A stretch of DNA of 64,000 nucleotides, from sequence record MK250019.1. The stretch is one strand, 5' to 3'. The notes beneath the pieces were generated by a model. The model saw only the letters and a program-made list of their open reading frames with translations. It searched no databases and had not been told where the DNA came from. Within the stretch, counting starts at the first letter, position 1. Each line of letters starts with the position of its first letter. Shown here piece after piece: positions 1 to 11,359 of this stretch. The position numbers were made by a program, and so were the translations under genes.

Positions 1-60
1 ATAGATATTTCATAATTAAGTTATATTTTTATAAAAACTTAATATTTTATCAATTTTCTA

Positions 61-564
61 TCAATTTAATTCAATTTTCTTCAGTTTTTCATATAAATTT
101 TGATAAAATTTTTCAACCAGTATAATATATCTTGAATTTCCATTTTCTTCTATAATTTCATTAAAATAATCAGAATATTTTTCAACAATTTGTTTTACAT
201 ATTCACTTTCATTATTTTTATAAATTACATATTGTGCATCAACTTCTTGTTTAGCATTTCTTGGACAATTAGTCTTTGTATAGTGTGAACATTCCCAATC
301 GATAATAGTTGCTTCATAATCATAATTATCACATTTATGATATTTTCCCATTTGTAAAAAATAATATTCTGGATGATGTTTATTATGAAATCTATGAAAT
401 TTCTGTAATGTTTTATATGGTAATATTAATTTAAGAAATGGTTTTTCCATATCATGAAATAGATATTTAAATTTCCAGCATTTTTGATTTAATGCAACCA
501 TATTAAATGAACACCAGTGTGCAAACCAATATTTAAATGAACTTCTTTCTGTTTTATCAAACAT
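61..564 (-). CDS. HD-like phosphohydrolase (DUF5662-like)
   Basis: Motifs HDMEK, HxxHNKHHPEY and IIDWEC match the DUF5662/HD pattern as I recall it. Confidence 0.55.
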   Translation of the reverse strand: MFDKTERSSFKYWFAHWCSFNMVALNQKCWKFKYLFHDMEKPFLKLILPYKTLQKFHRFHNKHHPEYYFLQMGKYHKCDNYDYEATIIDWECSHYTKTNCPRNAKQEVDAQYVIYKNNESEYVKQIVEKYSDYFNEIIEENGNSRYIILVEKFYQNLYEKLKKIELN

Positions 565-641
565 AGTTTTATATTTTATTTTTAAAAATTAAAAGGAAGA
601 TTCAAAATATTACAATATTAGAATCTTCCTTTTATTATAAG

Positions 642-1010
642 TTAATAAACATTTTCATTTGTTATATCAGATAATTTAGCATCTGTTACAACAATATAAA
701 TTTTAGAATTAATTTCTTGTTCTGGATCCTCTATGAAATCATATCTAATTACCTTATATGGAATTAAATTTGTTTGTGCTTCATTTGGACACCATATAAT
801 AGAATCTTGATTAGGAAGAGTATCAACATGGAAATCACAGATATGTATAATATCTGGTATATCATTATCTTCTGTTACTTTATATTTAATAATACATATA
901 TTTGTCTTATTTTGTAGACTTATATTATTATCAATAACTTCTTTTTCTATTTCTTCTTCCTGCTCTAATTCAGTTTTTTTATTATTAAATAGTTGTTTAA
1001 AAATATTCAT
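642..1010 (-). CDS. hypothetical protein
   Basis: 122-aa ATG-TAA ORF, co-oriented with neighbours and followed by a hairpin at about 592-633. Confidence 0.65.
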   Translation of the reverse strand: MNIFKQLFNNKKTELEQEEEIEKEVIDNNISLQNKTNICIIKYKVTEDNDIPDIIHICDFHVDTLPNQDSIIWCPNEAQTNLIPYKVIRYDFIEDPEQEINSKIYIVVTDAKLSDITNENVY

Positions 1011-1014
1011 TTAA

Positions 1015-1419
1015 TTAATCAACTGGTTCCCAAAGGATACTTTGTTTATTTTGATCTTCAATAATTTCCATAAGAGGTCTTGCATGTTTGAAGTCAAGAT
1101 TTGCTATAAATGAAACAATCTTATCCATTTCTTCAATAGGCATTCTATCATACTTCTGTTCAATATATTTAACCAAATCAATAAGCTTAATCTGATCATT
1201 ATTTGAATTCTTTAAAATAGTTGCATATGGAAGTGTATCAACAGTTTCATGGAAAAGTTGCATGAACTTATTTGTACATTTGATAAGTTTTTCATATGAC
1301 TTTGTTTCAGGTTCTGGCATATCTGAATCATCATCCATGACAATCATTTCTGGATCAATAGTATTATCTAATTTTGCAGACTTTACTTCTTCTGCTTCAA
1401 TGATTTTATCTTTACTCAT
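1015..1419 (-). CDS. hypothetical protein
   Basis: 134-aa ORF tightly packed with its neighbours. Confidence 0.65.
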   Translation of the reverse strand: MSKDKIIEAEEVKSAKLDNTIDPEMIVMDDDSDMPEPETKSYEKLIKCTNKFMQLFHETVDTLPYATILKNSNNDQIKLIDLVKYIEQKYDRMPIEEMDKIVSFIANLDFKHARPLMEIIEDQNKQSILWEPVD

Positions 1420-1433
1420 TTTCTTTATATTAT

Positions 1434-2883
1434 TTAGATTTTTGGTATATTAAAATTTGGGGTTGGTATATTAGGCGGCTGATAACTATTTGTTATACTT
1501 GATGGATTACTCATTTGATTTTTTAAATCATTCATGTTATAACGACTTTGCATATTATTCATTTGTTTTTCCATACGCTGATTTTCTTCTTTATTTTGTT
1601 TTTCTTGCTCTTCCATATTTTCTTTATAAACATCTAATATATCAAGAATTTCAAAAAAAGACATTTCTTTAATATCTTGAAAACTTAGNNNNNNNNNNNN
1701 NNNNNNNNNNNNNNNNNNNNNNNNNNNNNNNNNNNNNNNNNNNNNNNNNNNNNNNNNNNNNNNNNNNNNNNNNNNNNNNNNNNNNNNNNNNNNNNNNNNN
1801 NNNNNNNNNNNNNNNNNNNNNNNNNNNNNNNNNNNNNNNNNNNNNNNNNNNNNNNNNNNNNNNNNNNNNNNNNNNNNNNNNNNNNNNNNNNNNNNNNNNN
1901 NNNNNNNNNNNNNNNNNNNNNNNNNNNNNNNNNNNNNNNNNNNNNNNNNNNNNNNNNNNNNNNNNNNNNNNNNNNNNNNNNNNNNNNNNNNNNNNNNNNN
2001 NNNNNNNNNNNNNNNNNNNNNNNNNNNNNNNNNNNNNNNNNNNNNNNNNNNNNNNNNNNNNNNNNNNNNNNNNNNNNNNNNNNNNNNNNNNNNNNNNNNN
2101 NNNNNNNNNNNNNNNNNNNNNNNNNNNNNNNNNNNNNNNNNNNNNNNNNNNNNNNNNNNNNNNNNNNNNNNNNNNNNNNNNNNNNNNNNNNNNNNNNNNN
2201 NNNNNNNNNNNNNNNNNNNNNNNNNNNNNNNNNNNNNNNNNNNNNNNNNNNNNNNNNNNNNNNNNNNNNNNNNNNNNNNNNNNNNNNNNNNNNNNNNNNN
2301 NNNNNNNNNNNNNNNNNNNNNNNNNNNNNNNNNNNNNNNNNNNNNNNNNNNNNNNNNNNNNNNNNNNNNNNNNNNNNNNNNNNNNNNNNNNNNNNNNNNN
2401 NNNNNNNNNNNNNNNNNNNNNNNNNNNNNNNNNNNNNNNNNNNNNNNNNNNNNNNNNNNNNNNNNNNNNNNNNNNNNNNNNNNNNNNNNNNNNNNNNNNT
2501 GTTTCATCTGTCATAGACCAGTGTCTAATATCACCACCTGATGCTGCACGTACAAAAATTCGTGTTCCTTCTGGATAGAAAATACCACCCGTTGGAAGAG
2601 ACTCTAATGGTAATTCAAGAAATCCCATACCACTGTCATGAATTTCTTTCTTCAATTCATCCTGACGTATTGCATGTGCTTCTCTCATACTTGGTCGTGC
2701 TTTCGCATCTGCAACTTGCTCTGCAAAATGTTCCTGTGCTGTTTGTACATTTTCTACACTTGGTGCTTTCTTTGTGTTTGCTTTTGTCTTTCCTTGTTCA
2801 ATCTCTGCAAGATGTGCTGCACCTTCTGCTGTCTATGCATACTGTGCAAGAACATCTTCTACTGTATGTTTCTAATCTGACAT
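1434..2883 (-). CDS. putative baseplate hub / tail assembly protein(s), T4 gp26/gp51-like; middle lost in N gap, may be two genes
   Basis: With TAG=Q the 1669..2688 frame extends to ATG 2883. LESLPTGGIFYPEGTRIFVR resembles myophage gp26-like proteins. The end LSFQDIKEMSFFEILDILDVYKENMEEQ resembles gp51-like chaperone ends. Confidence 0.4.
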
Positions 2884-2954
2884 AATTTCGAAATTATTGT
2901 TTGTTTTATTTTATACTAAATTATTTAACTTTTGTTTACTTTATTTTATTAAGA

Positions 2955-5118
2955 CTAGTATTCCACTTTTCCTTCATATAGAGTTGATTGNNNNNNNNNN
3001 NNNNNNNNNNNNNNNNNNNNNNNNNNNNNNNNNNNNNNNNNNNNNNNNNNNNNNNNNNNNNNNNNNNNNNNNNNNNNNNNNNNNNNNNNNNNNNNNNNNN
3101 NNNNNNNNNNNNNNNNNNNNNNNNNNNNNNNNNNNNNNNNNNNNNNNNNNNNNNNNNNNNNNNNNNNNNNNNNNNNNNNNNNNNNNNNNNNNNNNNNNNN
3201 NNNNNNNNNNNNNNNNNNNNNNNNNNNNNNNNNNNNNNNNNNNNNNNNNNNNNNNNNNNNNNNNNNNNNNNNNNNNNNNNNNNNNNNNNNNNNNNNNNNN
3301 NNNNNNNNNNNNNNNNNNNNNNNNNNNNNNNNNNNNNNNNNNNNNNNNNNNNNNNNNNNNNNNNNNNNNNNNNNNNNNNNNNNNNNNNNNNNNNNNNNNN
3401 NNNNNNNNNNNNNNNNNNNNNNNNNNNNNNNNNNNNNNNNNNNNNNNNNNNNNNNNNNNNNNNNNNNNNNNNNNNNNNNNNNNNNNNNNNNNNNNNNNNN
3501 NNNNNNNNNNNNNNNNNNNNNNNNNNNNNNNNNNNNNNNNNNNNNNNNNNNNNNNNNNNNNNNNNNNNNNNNNCAAATAGATTTACAATACATATTATTT
3601 CTTATTTGTGGTTTAGGTGTATATTTACATTTCCAAAATGAACCTTCTATATCTTTATTATGTTTTGAATAATCGATTATATTAGTAAAACTTTCAATTG
3701 ACTCTATTGCATCAGTTTCACCATCACTTTCTAATAATCTTGTATTTGGAACATAATTATATGTAACTGCAACTTCATTATAAATAATCCATTTTGCTGC
3801 ATCATTNNNNNNNNNNNNNNNNNNNNNNNNNNNNNNNNTATTAGATAAATTATCATAAAACGCTTCAGAAACCAATGGAATCTCATTATTTTCTATTCTT
3901 CTCATAATGTCATCTGAAAGTTCAACTACATTATTTCCTTCACCATATACTGGATAATATACAATTTCTTTATTATCTGTATCTTCATATATTCTTACAT
4001 TGAAGTAATCAGAATTCGACTTATATTTTATAGCAATCTGATTTATTGGATCTTGATGGAATGTACTTGCATATATATTAGGATCTGTTGATGTAAGATT
4101 ATCTTCTGAAACTGTCGCAAAATTTACAATTAATGTTGGATCACTCAATATCTAATATTCTAATTTACGTTGTGTATTATCATTTGGTATTTTCCCATAA
4201 TATTGAATATTAGTTTTCTAAACATCATTTTTATCTGTAACAGTATTTTCTGTTCTGATTAATTCGCCATGTCCATATTTACTTTCTACTGATAAATTTA
4301 AATCACCATTTAATGACATATAATATGCAGATGGTACTAAAAATTCTATATATCTATCATAAAAACAACCATTCTGATATATTGGAGATTTATGCCATTT
4401 AACAACATTATGAAGAATCAAACATTCTTTAGGGNNNNNNNNNNNNNNNNNNNNNNNNNNNNNNNNNNNNAATGATAATTTTTCAACCTCAGTTTGTTTT
4501 GCATTGTTCTAATATGCAGACTATACTGCAGTTGGATTATCATTTGTAGTTGCAACATTATTATCATCTATCAATATATATTCTGTTTCGAATATAGGAT
4601 TATGATATTCATCATACATTTTATATGTATTACTATTAGGATACATTTTCTAAGAAGGTGTTAAATATCTTGCATTCGTTTTTACTTGTAATGTTATACC
4701 AGCTAATCTATCTAATGTAAAACCATATATAAAANNNNNNNNNNNNNNNNNNNNNNNNNNTTTACCACCTTTATGTTCTGTAAATGTATCAACATTATCT
4801 TTAATATTCAATAAAGATTCGTTACTATATACTTTACTACTATGTTTATCTATTACATGTTTATCTAATATTGAACTATCAACATTTAATGTATTTTGTT
4901 TTGTTAATCCAACAAATGTATATTCTGACATTGATTCATCTGGAAACTTAATAAAATACTAAGCATTAGAATATCTGTCATTATCTATATCCTATGGTTT
5001 TTCTGTATAATATACATTACCATCTTTACCTATATATACTGTATAATCTGTTGTTTTTTCATCAGGCGTATCATTTGCATCATACTAATTAGCTACATAT
5101 TCTAACATTATCTGATTA
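2955..5118 (-). CDS. large TAG-containing protein, probably structural; start lies in N gap
   Basis: Track ORFs 2955..4148, 4218..4421, 4650..4931 and the 3' part of 5085..5468 share one frame and are separated by TAG. Several N gaps interrupt it. Confidence 0.45.
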
Positions 5119-5290
5119 NNNNNNNNNNNNNNNNNNNNNNNNNNNNNNNNNNNNNNNNNNNNNNNNNNNNNNNNNNNNNNNNNNNNNNNNNNNNNNNNNN
5201 NNNNNNNNNNNNNNNNNNNNNNNNNNNNNNNNNNNNNNNNNNNNNNNNNNNNNNNNNNNNNNNNNNNNNNNNNNNNNNNNNNNNNNNNNN

Positions 5291-5972
5291 TTGTAGGACC
5301 TATAGACCATTTTTTCTGTTTATAATATTTCTTCAAATATTTAGATTTTGATGGGTCAAACATAACACCATCCATATTACTGATAGAAATATATGGATTA
5401 TCTGTTCTACCTATTAATCTAATTCCTGATTTATCTTCAATAATATCTAATGTTAAATTTGTATTCATAGTAAATTGATCTATATGTGCAGAGAATGATG
5501 AAAAGTCTTTTCTGACATCTGTTCCACCTGTAACTGCATAATATCCTTTTGGTTCATCAATATGCCATTTTAAATTATATATAGAATCACCATGTATAAT
5601 TGTATCAGACTATGCATATACAGTATCAATTTTTGTATGCATCTTTGTCTATGTAATTACCAAAGGATTATCTTTTAATGATTTTAATTCCTATGCTAAT
5701 TCACAATTCTGATTTTGTAAATCTTTTATATTCTGTACATAGATTTTTTTTGATACATATAAATTCTTTAATTTATTTTTGTAAATTTCCAATGAATCAT
5801 TATCATATATTACCAATGGTGGTTCAATTGATTTTGATTCATAATGTCTATACTTCATATAACATACACATGAAATCATTACAAATAAGATAATAACATA
5901 ATCTTTAAATGTTAATTTTCTATNNNNNNNNNNNNNNNNNNNNNNNNNGGTATCTAATATCTTGGTTATCAT
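5291..5972 (-). CDS. membrane-anchored coiled-coil protein (DUF6549-like / spanin-like), 3' end in N gap
   Basis: 5691..5972 reads through TAG in frame into 5085..5468. It has an N-terminal TM helix, a coiled coil and a KWSIGPT motif near the gap. Confidence 0.45.
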
Positions 5973-6255
5973 AATATTATAAATTATTTTTTAAATTCAT
6001 TAAAAATATTTCTCAAAAATGTAGACTTTTTCACAAAAGCCCAGTATAATAAATATCTTAGATGTTTAGGTTGAGATAGATATTATATATAATATGTAAA
6101 AAATTTAATTTTTAAGAAATAATTTTAAATATTTATTTTTGTTAAATATTATATATAATTTTTAATTAATATTCTTTTTAATTATTAATATTATTTAGAA
6201 TTTGTATAAATTAATATATAAATAATATTGATTATCAAATAGTTATAAATTATTT

Positions 6256-7800
6256 TTAGTGTCTATTAAAAATAATTTGTAAAAATGTAGACTTTTTTGA
6301 GAATANNNNNNNNNNNNNNNNNNNNNNNNNNNNNNNNNNNNNNNNNNNNNNNNNNNNNNNNNNNNNNNNNNNNNNNNNNNNNNNNNNNNNNNNNNNNNNN
6401 NNNNNNNNNNNNNNNNNNNNNNNNNNNNNNNNNNNNNNNNNNNNNNNNNNNNNNNNNNNNNNNNNNNNNNNNNNNNNNNNNNNNNNNNNNNNNNNNNNNN
6501 NNNNNNNNNNNNNNNNNNNNNNNNNNNNNNNNNNNNNNNNNNNNNNNNNNNNNNNNNNNNNNNNNNNNNNNNNNNNNNNNNNNNNNNNNNNNNNNNNNNN
6601 NNNNNNNNNNNNNNNNNNNNNNNNNNNNNNNNNNNNNNNNNNNNNNNNNNNNNNNNNNNNNNNNNNNNNNNNNNNNNNNNNNNNNNNNNNNNNNNNNNNN
6701 NNNNNNNNNNNNNNNNNNNNNNNNNNNNNNNNNNNNNNNNNNNNNNNNNNNNNNNNNNNNNNNNNNNNNNNNNNNNNNNNNNNNNNNNNNNNNNNNNNNN
6801 NNNNNNNNNNNNNNNNNNNNNNNNNNNNNNNNNNNNNNNNNNNNNNNNNNNNNNNNNNNNNNNNNNNNNNNNNNNNNNNNNNNNNNNNNNNNNNNNNNNN
6901 NNNNNNNNNNNNNNNNNNNNNNNNNNNNNNNNNNNNNNNNNNNNNNNNNNNNNNNNNNNNNNNNNNNNNNNNNNNNNNNNNNNNNNNNNNNNNNNNNNNN
7001 NNNNNNNNNNNNNNNNNNNNNNNNNNNNNNNNNNNNNNNNNNNNNNNNNNNNNNNNNNNNNNNNNNNNNNNNNNNNNNNNNNNNTTTGGAAATCTATAAA
7101 TTCTATCAGGATTGAGTTTCTTTCTTGTATTAATTAAAAGTTCTCGATCTTCTGGATGTTCATTTAAATGTCTTCCATAATCATAATAACAACCATAAAT
7201 ATATTGCATATGACCTATATTACATAAACCGCAATATTCTGTATGCAAACCATAATCATTTAGAAATGTTAAAATATTAATTGAACCCTGACGTCTAAAA
7301 GTATATGTAAAATCAAGCGGTGTTTTTCTTTCTTTAATAGGATTTACAATTTTCTTATTAAGACCGCGTGCTTTATAGATTTGANNNNNNNNNNNNNNNN
7401 NNNNNNNNNNNNNNNNNNNNNNNNNNNNNNNNNNNNNNNNNNNNNNNNNNNNNNNNNNNNNNNNNNNNNNNNCTTCACCTATAATAAAATTATCATCTAC
7501 AAATAAAGCTTCAAGAATATTAGGATTTGCCTTTACAAGTAATGATATAAATTTATTAAGTTCATACCATTTATTATCATTCTTTGAATCCGCGATTTCT
7601 TCTTTATATGTATTATAACCAAGAAGTTCTTTAATTGAGCAAATGTAAATTCCACCTGAATCTTTATCACTTTCTGGAGTATCTAGCCCATATGAAACCG
7701 AACCCCTGATATATTCAATAAGTAATCTTCCATCTTTTCTGATTTTATCAAATTCAGGAATTCCTACAGTCTCTGTTTTAAAATTCTTATATGATTTCAT
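6256..7800 (-). CDS. DNA polymerase beta-superfamily nucleotidyltransferase (PF10127/RlaP-like); C-terminus in N gap, true end uncertain
   Basis: YIRGSVSYGLDTPESDKDSGGIY is a GS..YG....SDxD motif; ANPNILEAL follows. Confidence 0.7.
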   Translation of the reverse strand: MKSYKNFKTETVGIPEFDKIRKDGRLLIEYIRGSVSYGLDTPESDKDSGGIYICSIKELLGYNTYKEEIADSKNDNKWYELNKFISLLVKANPNILEALFVDDNFIIGEXXXXXXXXXXXXXXXXXXXXXXXXXXXXXXQIYKARGLNKKIVNPIKERKTPLDFTYTFRRQGSINILTFLNDYGLHTEYCGLCNIGHMQYIYGCYYDYGRHLNEHPEDRELLINTRKKLNPDRIYRFPXXXXXXXXXXXXXXXXXXXXXXXXXXXXXXXXXXXXXXXXXXXXXXXXXXXXXXXXXXXXXXXXXXXXXXXXXXXXXXXXXXXXXXXXXXXXXXXXXXXXXXXXXXXXXXXXXXXXXXXXXXXXXXXXXXXXXXXXXXXXXXXXXXXXXXXXXXXXXXXXXXXXXXXXXXXXXXXXXXXXXXXXXXXXXXXXXXXXXXXXXXXXXXXXXXXXXXXXXXXXXXXXXXXXXXXXXXXXXXXXXXXXXXXXXXXXXXXXXXXXXFSKKSTFLQIIFNRH

Positions 7801-7811
7801 TTTTTATAATT

Positions 7812-8438
7812 TTATTTCTTTTCTCTATCTCTAACTGCTTTAAATAATGCGGTTGCCCATGTTTCAAGATCTGATGGATCAACTGGAATAATATCTCTTG
7901 TTAACCATTGTTCTTCTGGCATTCCTTCAATATTAATAAAATTATCATGCTTCAGATTTTTAACAACATCTTCTGAATGTGTAATAACAAGAATACCATA
8001 ATTATTTTTCAATATATCAGGAAATTTTTCATTCAGCATGTTACATACACCTGTTTGAACTTCACGAGACATTCCGATTTCTAATTCATCTATAACTATG
8101 AATTTATTTTTAGCATGTGATAACATACCATTCAAAAGATTTATAGTTGAATCAGACGTTGAGCACCAAGGAAGATCATGATTCATATCAGAAAGTGCAC
8201 TATATTCAGGTCTACTTTCCGTTCTTGTCTGCATAGAAACACTAATAACAGCTTTATTTGCAGGAATATCTTTTTTATTTGAGATATAAAAAGCCAACTG
8301 CTTTCTGATAAGAGATTTTCCTAATGCATTACCACCAGTTAAAATAGTTATTTTATCTACTGGAATACTATCACATATATCAAGTATATGATTTATATGC
8401 TTATTTAATGTTTCTTTTGATGTATCTTTATAATCCAT
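7812..8438 (-). CDS. small ABC-type/AAA P-loop ATPase
   Basis: Walker A TGGNALGKS, Walker B FIVIDELE and H-loop LVITHS. Confidence 0.7.
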   Translation of the reverse strand: MDYKDTSKETLNKHINHILDICDSIPVDKITILTGGNALGKSLIRKQLAFYISNKKDIPANKAVISVSMQTRTESRPEYSALSDMNHDLPWCSTSDSTINLLNGMLSHAKNKFIVIDELEIGMSREVQTGVCNMLNEKFPDILKNNYGILVITHSEDVVKNLKHDNFINIEGMPEEQWLTRDIIPVDPSDLETWATALFKAVRDREKK

Positions 8439-8449
8439 ATAATTATTTG

Positions 8450-8647
8450 TTAATCATCATTATTATCTTTATTAAAAAATTTTCTCAATACATTGAAATA
8501 ACAGTTAGTATCGATAAAATCTAATGCATCTTCATATTCTTTATCAGGTGTTGCTATTACTTCACATTCTCTACCACATTCTCTTTCAATAATTTCTTGA
8601 ATTGCTGTGGTTGGTTCTTCACCATTCATATAAATTACATACTTCAT
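8450..8647 (-). CDS. hypothetical protein
   Basis: 65-aa ORF in operon-like packing. Confidence 0.55.
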   Translation of the reverse strand: MKYVIYMNGEEPTTAIQEIIERECGRECEVIATPDKEYEDALDFIDTNCYFNVLRKFFNKDNNDD

Positions 8648-8665
8648 ATTTGTGATTATTTAGTT

Positions 8666-9265
8666 TTATTGAACATAAAGCAGAGTAATTCCATCACTAT
8701 GAATGTCTATAGATTTGAATGTCTTTCTAAATTCATTCATATCAAAACCGGTTGTTAATAGATGACAACCATTTTTTGTAGGAACACTCATACGTACTTT
8801 TCTAAGTACATATGTTGGCTGAAGATTATTAATTGTAGAAACTACATCATTATAATCATCTGAACCAATATCAATACCATCAAGATCTACAAGATATAGT
8901 TTATCATTACCATCTTGCTTTCCACATACGCCACATGCTGAATTAAGAGATTTTGACATATGTTTCCAATTACCCTTTCTGATTTCCTGTGTAATAAGAG
9001 AAATCTGTTCAAGCATAACAGATTGTGCATCAAGACAATTCATCTTAATATATGCACGTGCATTATGCATATTACACAATTCAATAATACGTTTTTCGAG
9101 TTTCTCATATTGTTCAATACTGAAAACATAAAAGCTTTCAATAGGAATTGAATATGCTTTCATTTCCGGATTTTCCTTCTTTCTCTTCAAAATTTGAATG
9201 AAATAAAATGAGCGTTCATTTTGAAACTCAAGATGATTCTTAATAAGTTCGAAATTGTTTACCAT
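8666..9265 (-). CDS. conserved phage protein, possible primase-polymerase (AEP-like) fold
   Basis: YLVDLD and VPTKNGCHLL resemble the DxD and T..G.H motifs of AEP-type enzymes. Confidence 0.45.
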   Translation of the reverse strand: MVNNFELIKNHLEFQNERSFYFIQILKRKKENPEMKAYSIPIESFYVFSIEQYEKLEKRIIELCNMHNARAYIKMNCLDAQSVMLEQISLITQEIRKGNWKHMSKSLNSACGVCGKQDGNDKLYLVDLDGIDIGSDDYNDVVSTINNLQPTYVLRKVRMSVPTKNGCHLLTTGFDMNEFRKTFKSIDIHSDGITLLYVQ

Positions 9266-9266
9266 A

Positions 9267-9557
9267 TTATTTTTTATATTTAGAAAGTTCTTCTTTTAAT
9301 CTGTTAATCTCATTTACCATATTATAGTATTCCTTATATGGTATAATTTTAAGTTTACCTTGATTTGACTTTGTTGTAAATTTCTCTGTTTCAAGTCTGA
9401 AATGACTATTCACACGTTCTGCTTCTGCTGATGCATCTCTCTCATTTTCATTTAAAAATAAGCGGACTTTTTTTACATCTGCAACAGCTGTACTTTGATA
9501 ATCGGTATCCCAATCATTATGAATGTAAGTATCGATTGCTACATATCCATATACCAT
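9267..9557 (-). CDS. hypothetical protein
   Basis: 96-aa ORF directly downstream of the promoter motif at 9596-9605. Confidence 0.6.
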   Translation of the reverse strand: MVYGYVAIDTYIHNDWDTDYQSTAVADVKKVRLFLNENERDASAEAERVNSHFRLETEKFTTKSNQGKLKIIPYKEYYNMVNEINRLKEELSKYKK

Positions 9558-9595
9558 ATTATTTCTTATTTAATTATTATTGTTATTAACTAATA

Positions 9596-9605
9596 CAAAG
9601 ATACA
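9596..9605 (-). promoter_or_regulatory. Bacteroidota-type -7 promoter element (TGTATCTTTG)
   Basis: Exact 10-mer, one of nine intergenic copies; contains the TAnnTTTG consensus. Confidence 0.75.
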
Positions 9606-9740
9606 TATTTTCCATGAAATAAAAAAAATAATATATATAAAAAATAAATATTTCTCCTGTATCGCATTATTTTTAACTTACCTTAATACTTTACTATATA
9701 AGATATTTGGATGCGATACAGAAGAAATATGATATGAAAT

Positions 9741-10052
9741 TTAAGATTCTATGTCATCATCGTCATCATCTACTTTAGATGTATCAACTAATTTGACATT
9801 ATCAGTATTCATAATTGCAATAGTTCGTGGTTCTCTAAAATTACGACCTTTATAATTTGAATCATATTCACAAATAACAGGTTCTGTATTTTTATCTCGT
9901 GTGAATCTATTAGGCATAAAACATGGATCAATTCGTACTTTACCTGATGGCATAAATCCAACTACAACTCCTACACGAGCCTCTGCATAACCTGGGTCAC
10001 CATATGCCACAAAATCTCCAATTTTAATTTCTCTATCTAAAATATCCTTCAT
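9741..10052 (-). CDS. hypothetical protein (SH3/KOW-like N-terminus)
   Basis: MKDILDREIKIGDFVAY is a common phage N-terminus. Confidence 0.6.
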   Translation of the reverse strand: MKDILDREIKIGDFVAYGDPGYAEARVGVVVGFMPSGKVRIDPCFMPNRFTRDKNTEPVICEYDSNYKGRNFREPRTIAIMNTDNVKLVDTSKVDDDDDDIES

Positions 10053-10183
10053 ATAAAAATAATTTAAAAAATATTAAAAAATACAAACAAACACTGTGCT
10101 TTTCCATATAATTAATGTTTGTTTGTATTAAATGTTTCTAATCTAAAAATATAAATAATATTAAATTTAAGGTAATAAGGTAT

Positions 10184-10546
10184 TTATGAAATTTCATATT
10201 TATATTCTACCGTAAACTCAGATAATTCATAATCATTATCTAGTTTATCCCAACAATAAGGATTATCTGCAAAATCATCTGCTAAATGATGTTTACAATA
10301 TGAATCTTTTAATGTTTCATTTGGAAGAATAATATAAATTCTTACATCATTTTCATCATCTGTATGTTGTACATACAAATATGAACCAGTTTCTTTATGC
10401 ATATAAAGAAGATTATTATACCATGATATATTATCACAATATACAAGTTCCTTTCGATTAATGATAATATTTGTACCTGCAGGATAATCATTACCATTAA
10501 TCAATGCTCTAAGTAACTTAGTTAATGTTATAGTATTCATAATCAA
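10184..10546 (-). CDS. hypothetical protein
   Basis: 120-aa ORF. Confidence 0.6.
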   Translation of the reverse strand: MIMNTITLTKLLRALINGNDYPAGTNIIINRKELVYCDNISWYNNLLYMHKETGSYLYVQHTDDENDVRIYIILPNETLKDSYCKHHLADDFADNPYCWDKLDNDYELSEFTVEYKYEIS

Positions 10547-10554
10547 TTATTATT

Positions 10555-10773
10555 TTAACAATATTCAGATGCTTCATGTTCAGCATTATCATAACCATCA
10601 TTATATGCTAAACAATAAATTTCAGAAACAATATTTGCTATTTTATCAATATCTGTTTCTTTAATTTTTAATTTAGATAACAATGGTAACATCTCTTTAT
10701 GAAACTTATCAGATGCCTCACATTTACCAAAGAAGTCGTCAGAACCAATATAATATGTTTTATTTTTATTCAT
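10555..10773 (-). CDS. hypothetical protein
   Basis: 72-aa ORF downstream of the promoter motif at 10804. Confidence 0.6.
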   Translation of the reverse strand: MNKNKTYYIGSDDFFGKCEASDKFHKEMLPLLSKLKIKETDIDKIANIVSEIYCLAYNDGYDNAEHEASEYC

Positions 10774-10803
10774 AATTTATTTTATCTTTATTAATTTACA
10801 TAA

Positions 10804-10813
10804 CAAAGATACA
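10804..10813 (-). promoter_or_regulatory. Bacteroidota-type -7 promoter element
   Basis: TGTATCTTTG on the minus strand, intergenic. Confidence 0.75.
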
Positions 10814-10835
10814 CATATTTTATGAAATAAAAAAA

Positions 10836-11048
10836 TTAAATGATAGAATCATCTTCATCTTGTTCAACTTTATATGTATATCTTGGGTCAAATGGTTCTG
10901 CATAATTAAGATCTACACACATTACATATATCATAATAAATGGAAATGGAATAATTAAACCGAGATAAAATAATATCTGTTGTAAACGGTAAATCAATAC
11001 ATCATTCCATTTGTACTTTTGTTTGTTCTTTGTTTTTATTAGCCTCAT
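10836..11048 (-). CDS. small membrane protein
   Basis: 70 aa with one hydrophobic segment; overlaps the next gene. Confidence 0.5.
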   Translation of the reverse strand: MRLIKTKNKQKYKWNDVLIYRLQQILFYLGLIIPFPFIMIYVMCVDLNYAEPFDPRYTYKVEQDEDDSII

Positions 11049-11352
11049 TTTCTTCTTTCATTTTTTTCATTGCTACAAATATATCACATAATGATGCAAG
11101 TTGATTTTCATGATCATGTTCAAATGATATAAATTCTCGACATTCCTTTTCCTTAATATCAGGAAACATATAAGATGGAATTTCTCCGCCTAATTGTCTA
11201 GAAAGTTCCCATTTCCCAGTTGAATTATTAAATATAGGAGTATCATAAAATACATGAAGTTTCCCGTATAGTTCTAATTCATCATGATATTTAGGATGTT
11301 CACCTCGTTCATCACGCGCTAAATAAATTGATAGAACTTTATTTTTACTCAT
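11002..11352 (-). CDS. hypothetical protein
   Basis: 116-aa ORF. Confidence 0.6.
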   Translation of the reverse strand: MSKNKVLSIYLARDERGEHPKYHDELELYGKLHVFYDTPIFNNSTGKWELSRQLGGEIPSYMFPDIKEKECREFISFEHDHENQLASLCDIFVAMKKMKEENEANKNKEQTKVQME

Positions 11353-11359
11353 AATTGTA

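Noticed and set aside
1262-3641. Plus-strand track ORFs and ORFs made mostly of X (for example 1490..1672, 2541..2885, 2897..3580, 2974..3576, 2988..3641)
   Set aside because: They are antisense shadows of minus-strand genes or artefacts of N runs that contain no stop codons.
6014-6299. Direct repeat AAAAATGTAGACTTTTT at about 6016 and 6282 around a very AT-rich spacer (possible operator or origin)
   Set aside because: The second copy abuts an N gap, so a scaffolding duplication cannot be excluded. Two copies alone do not define an origin.
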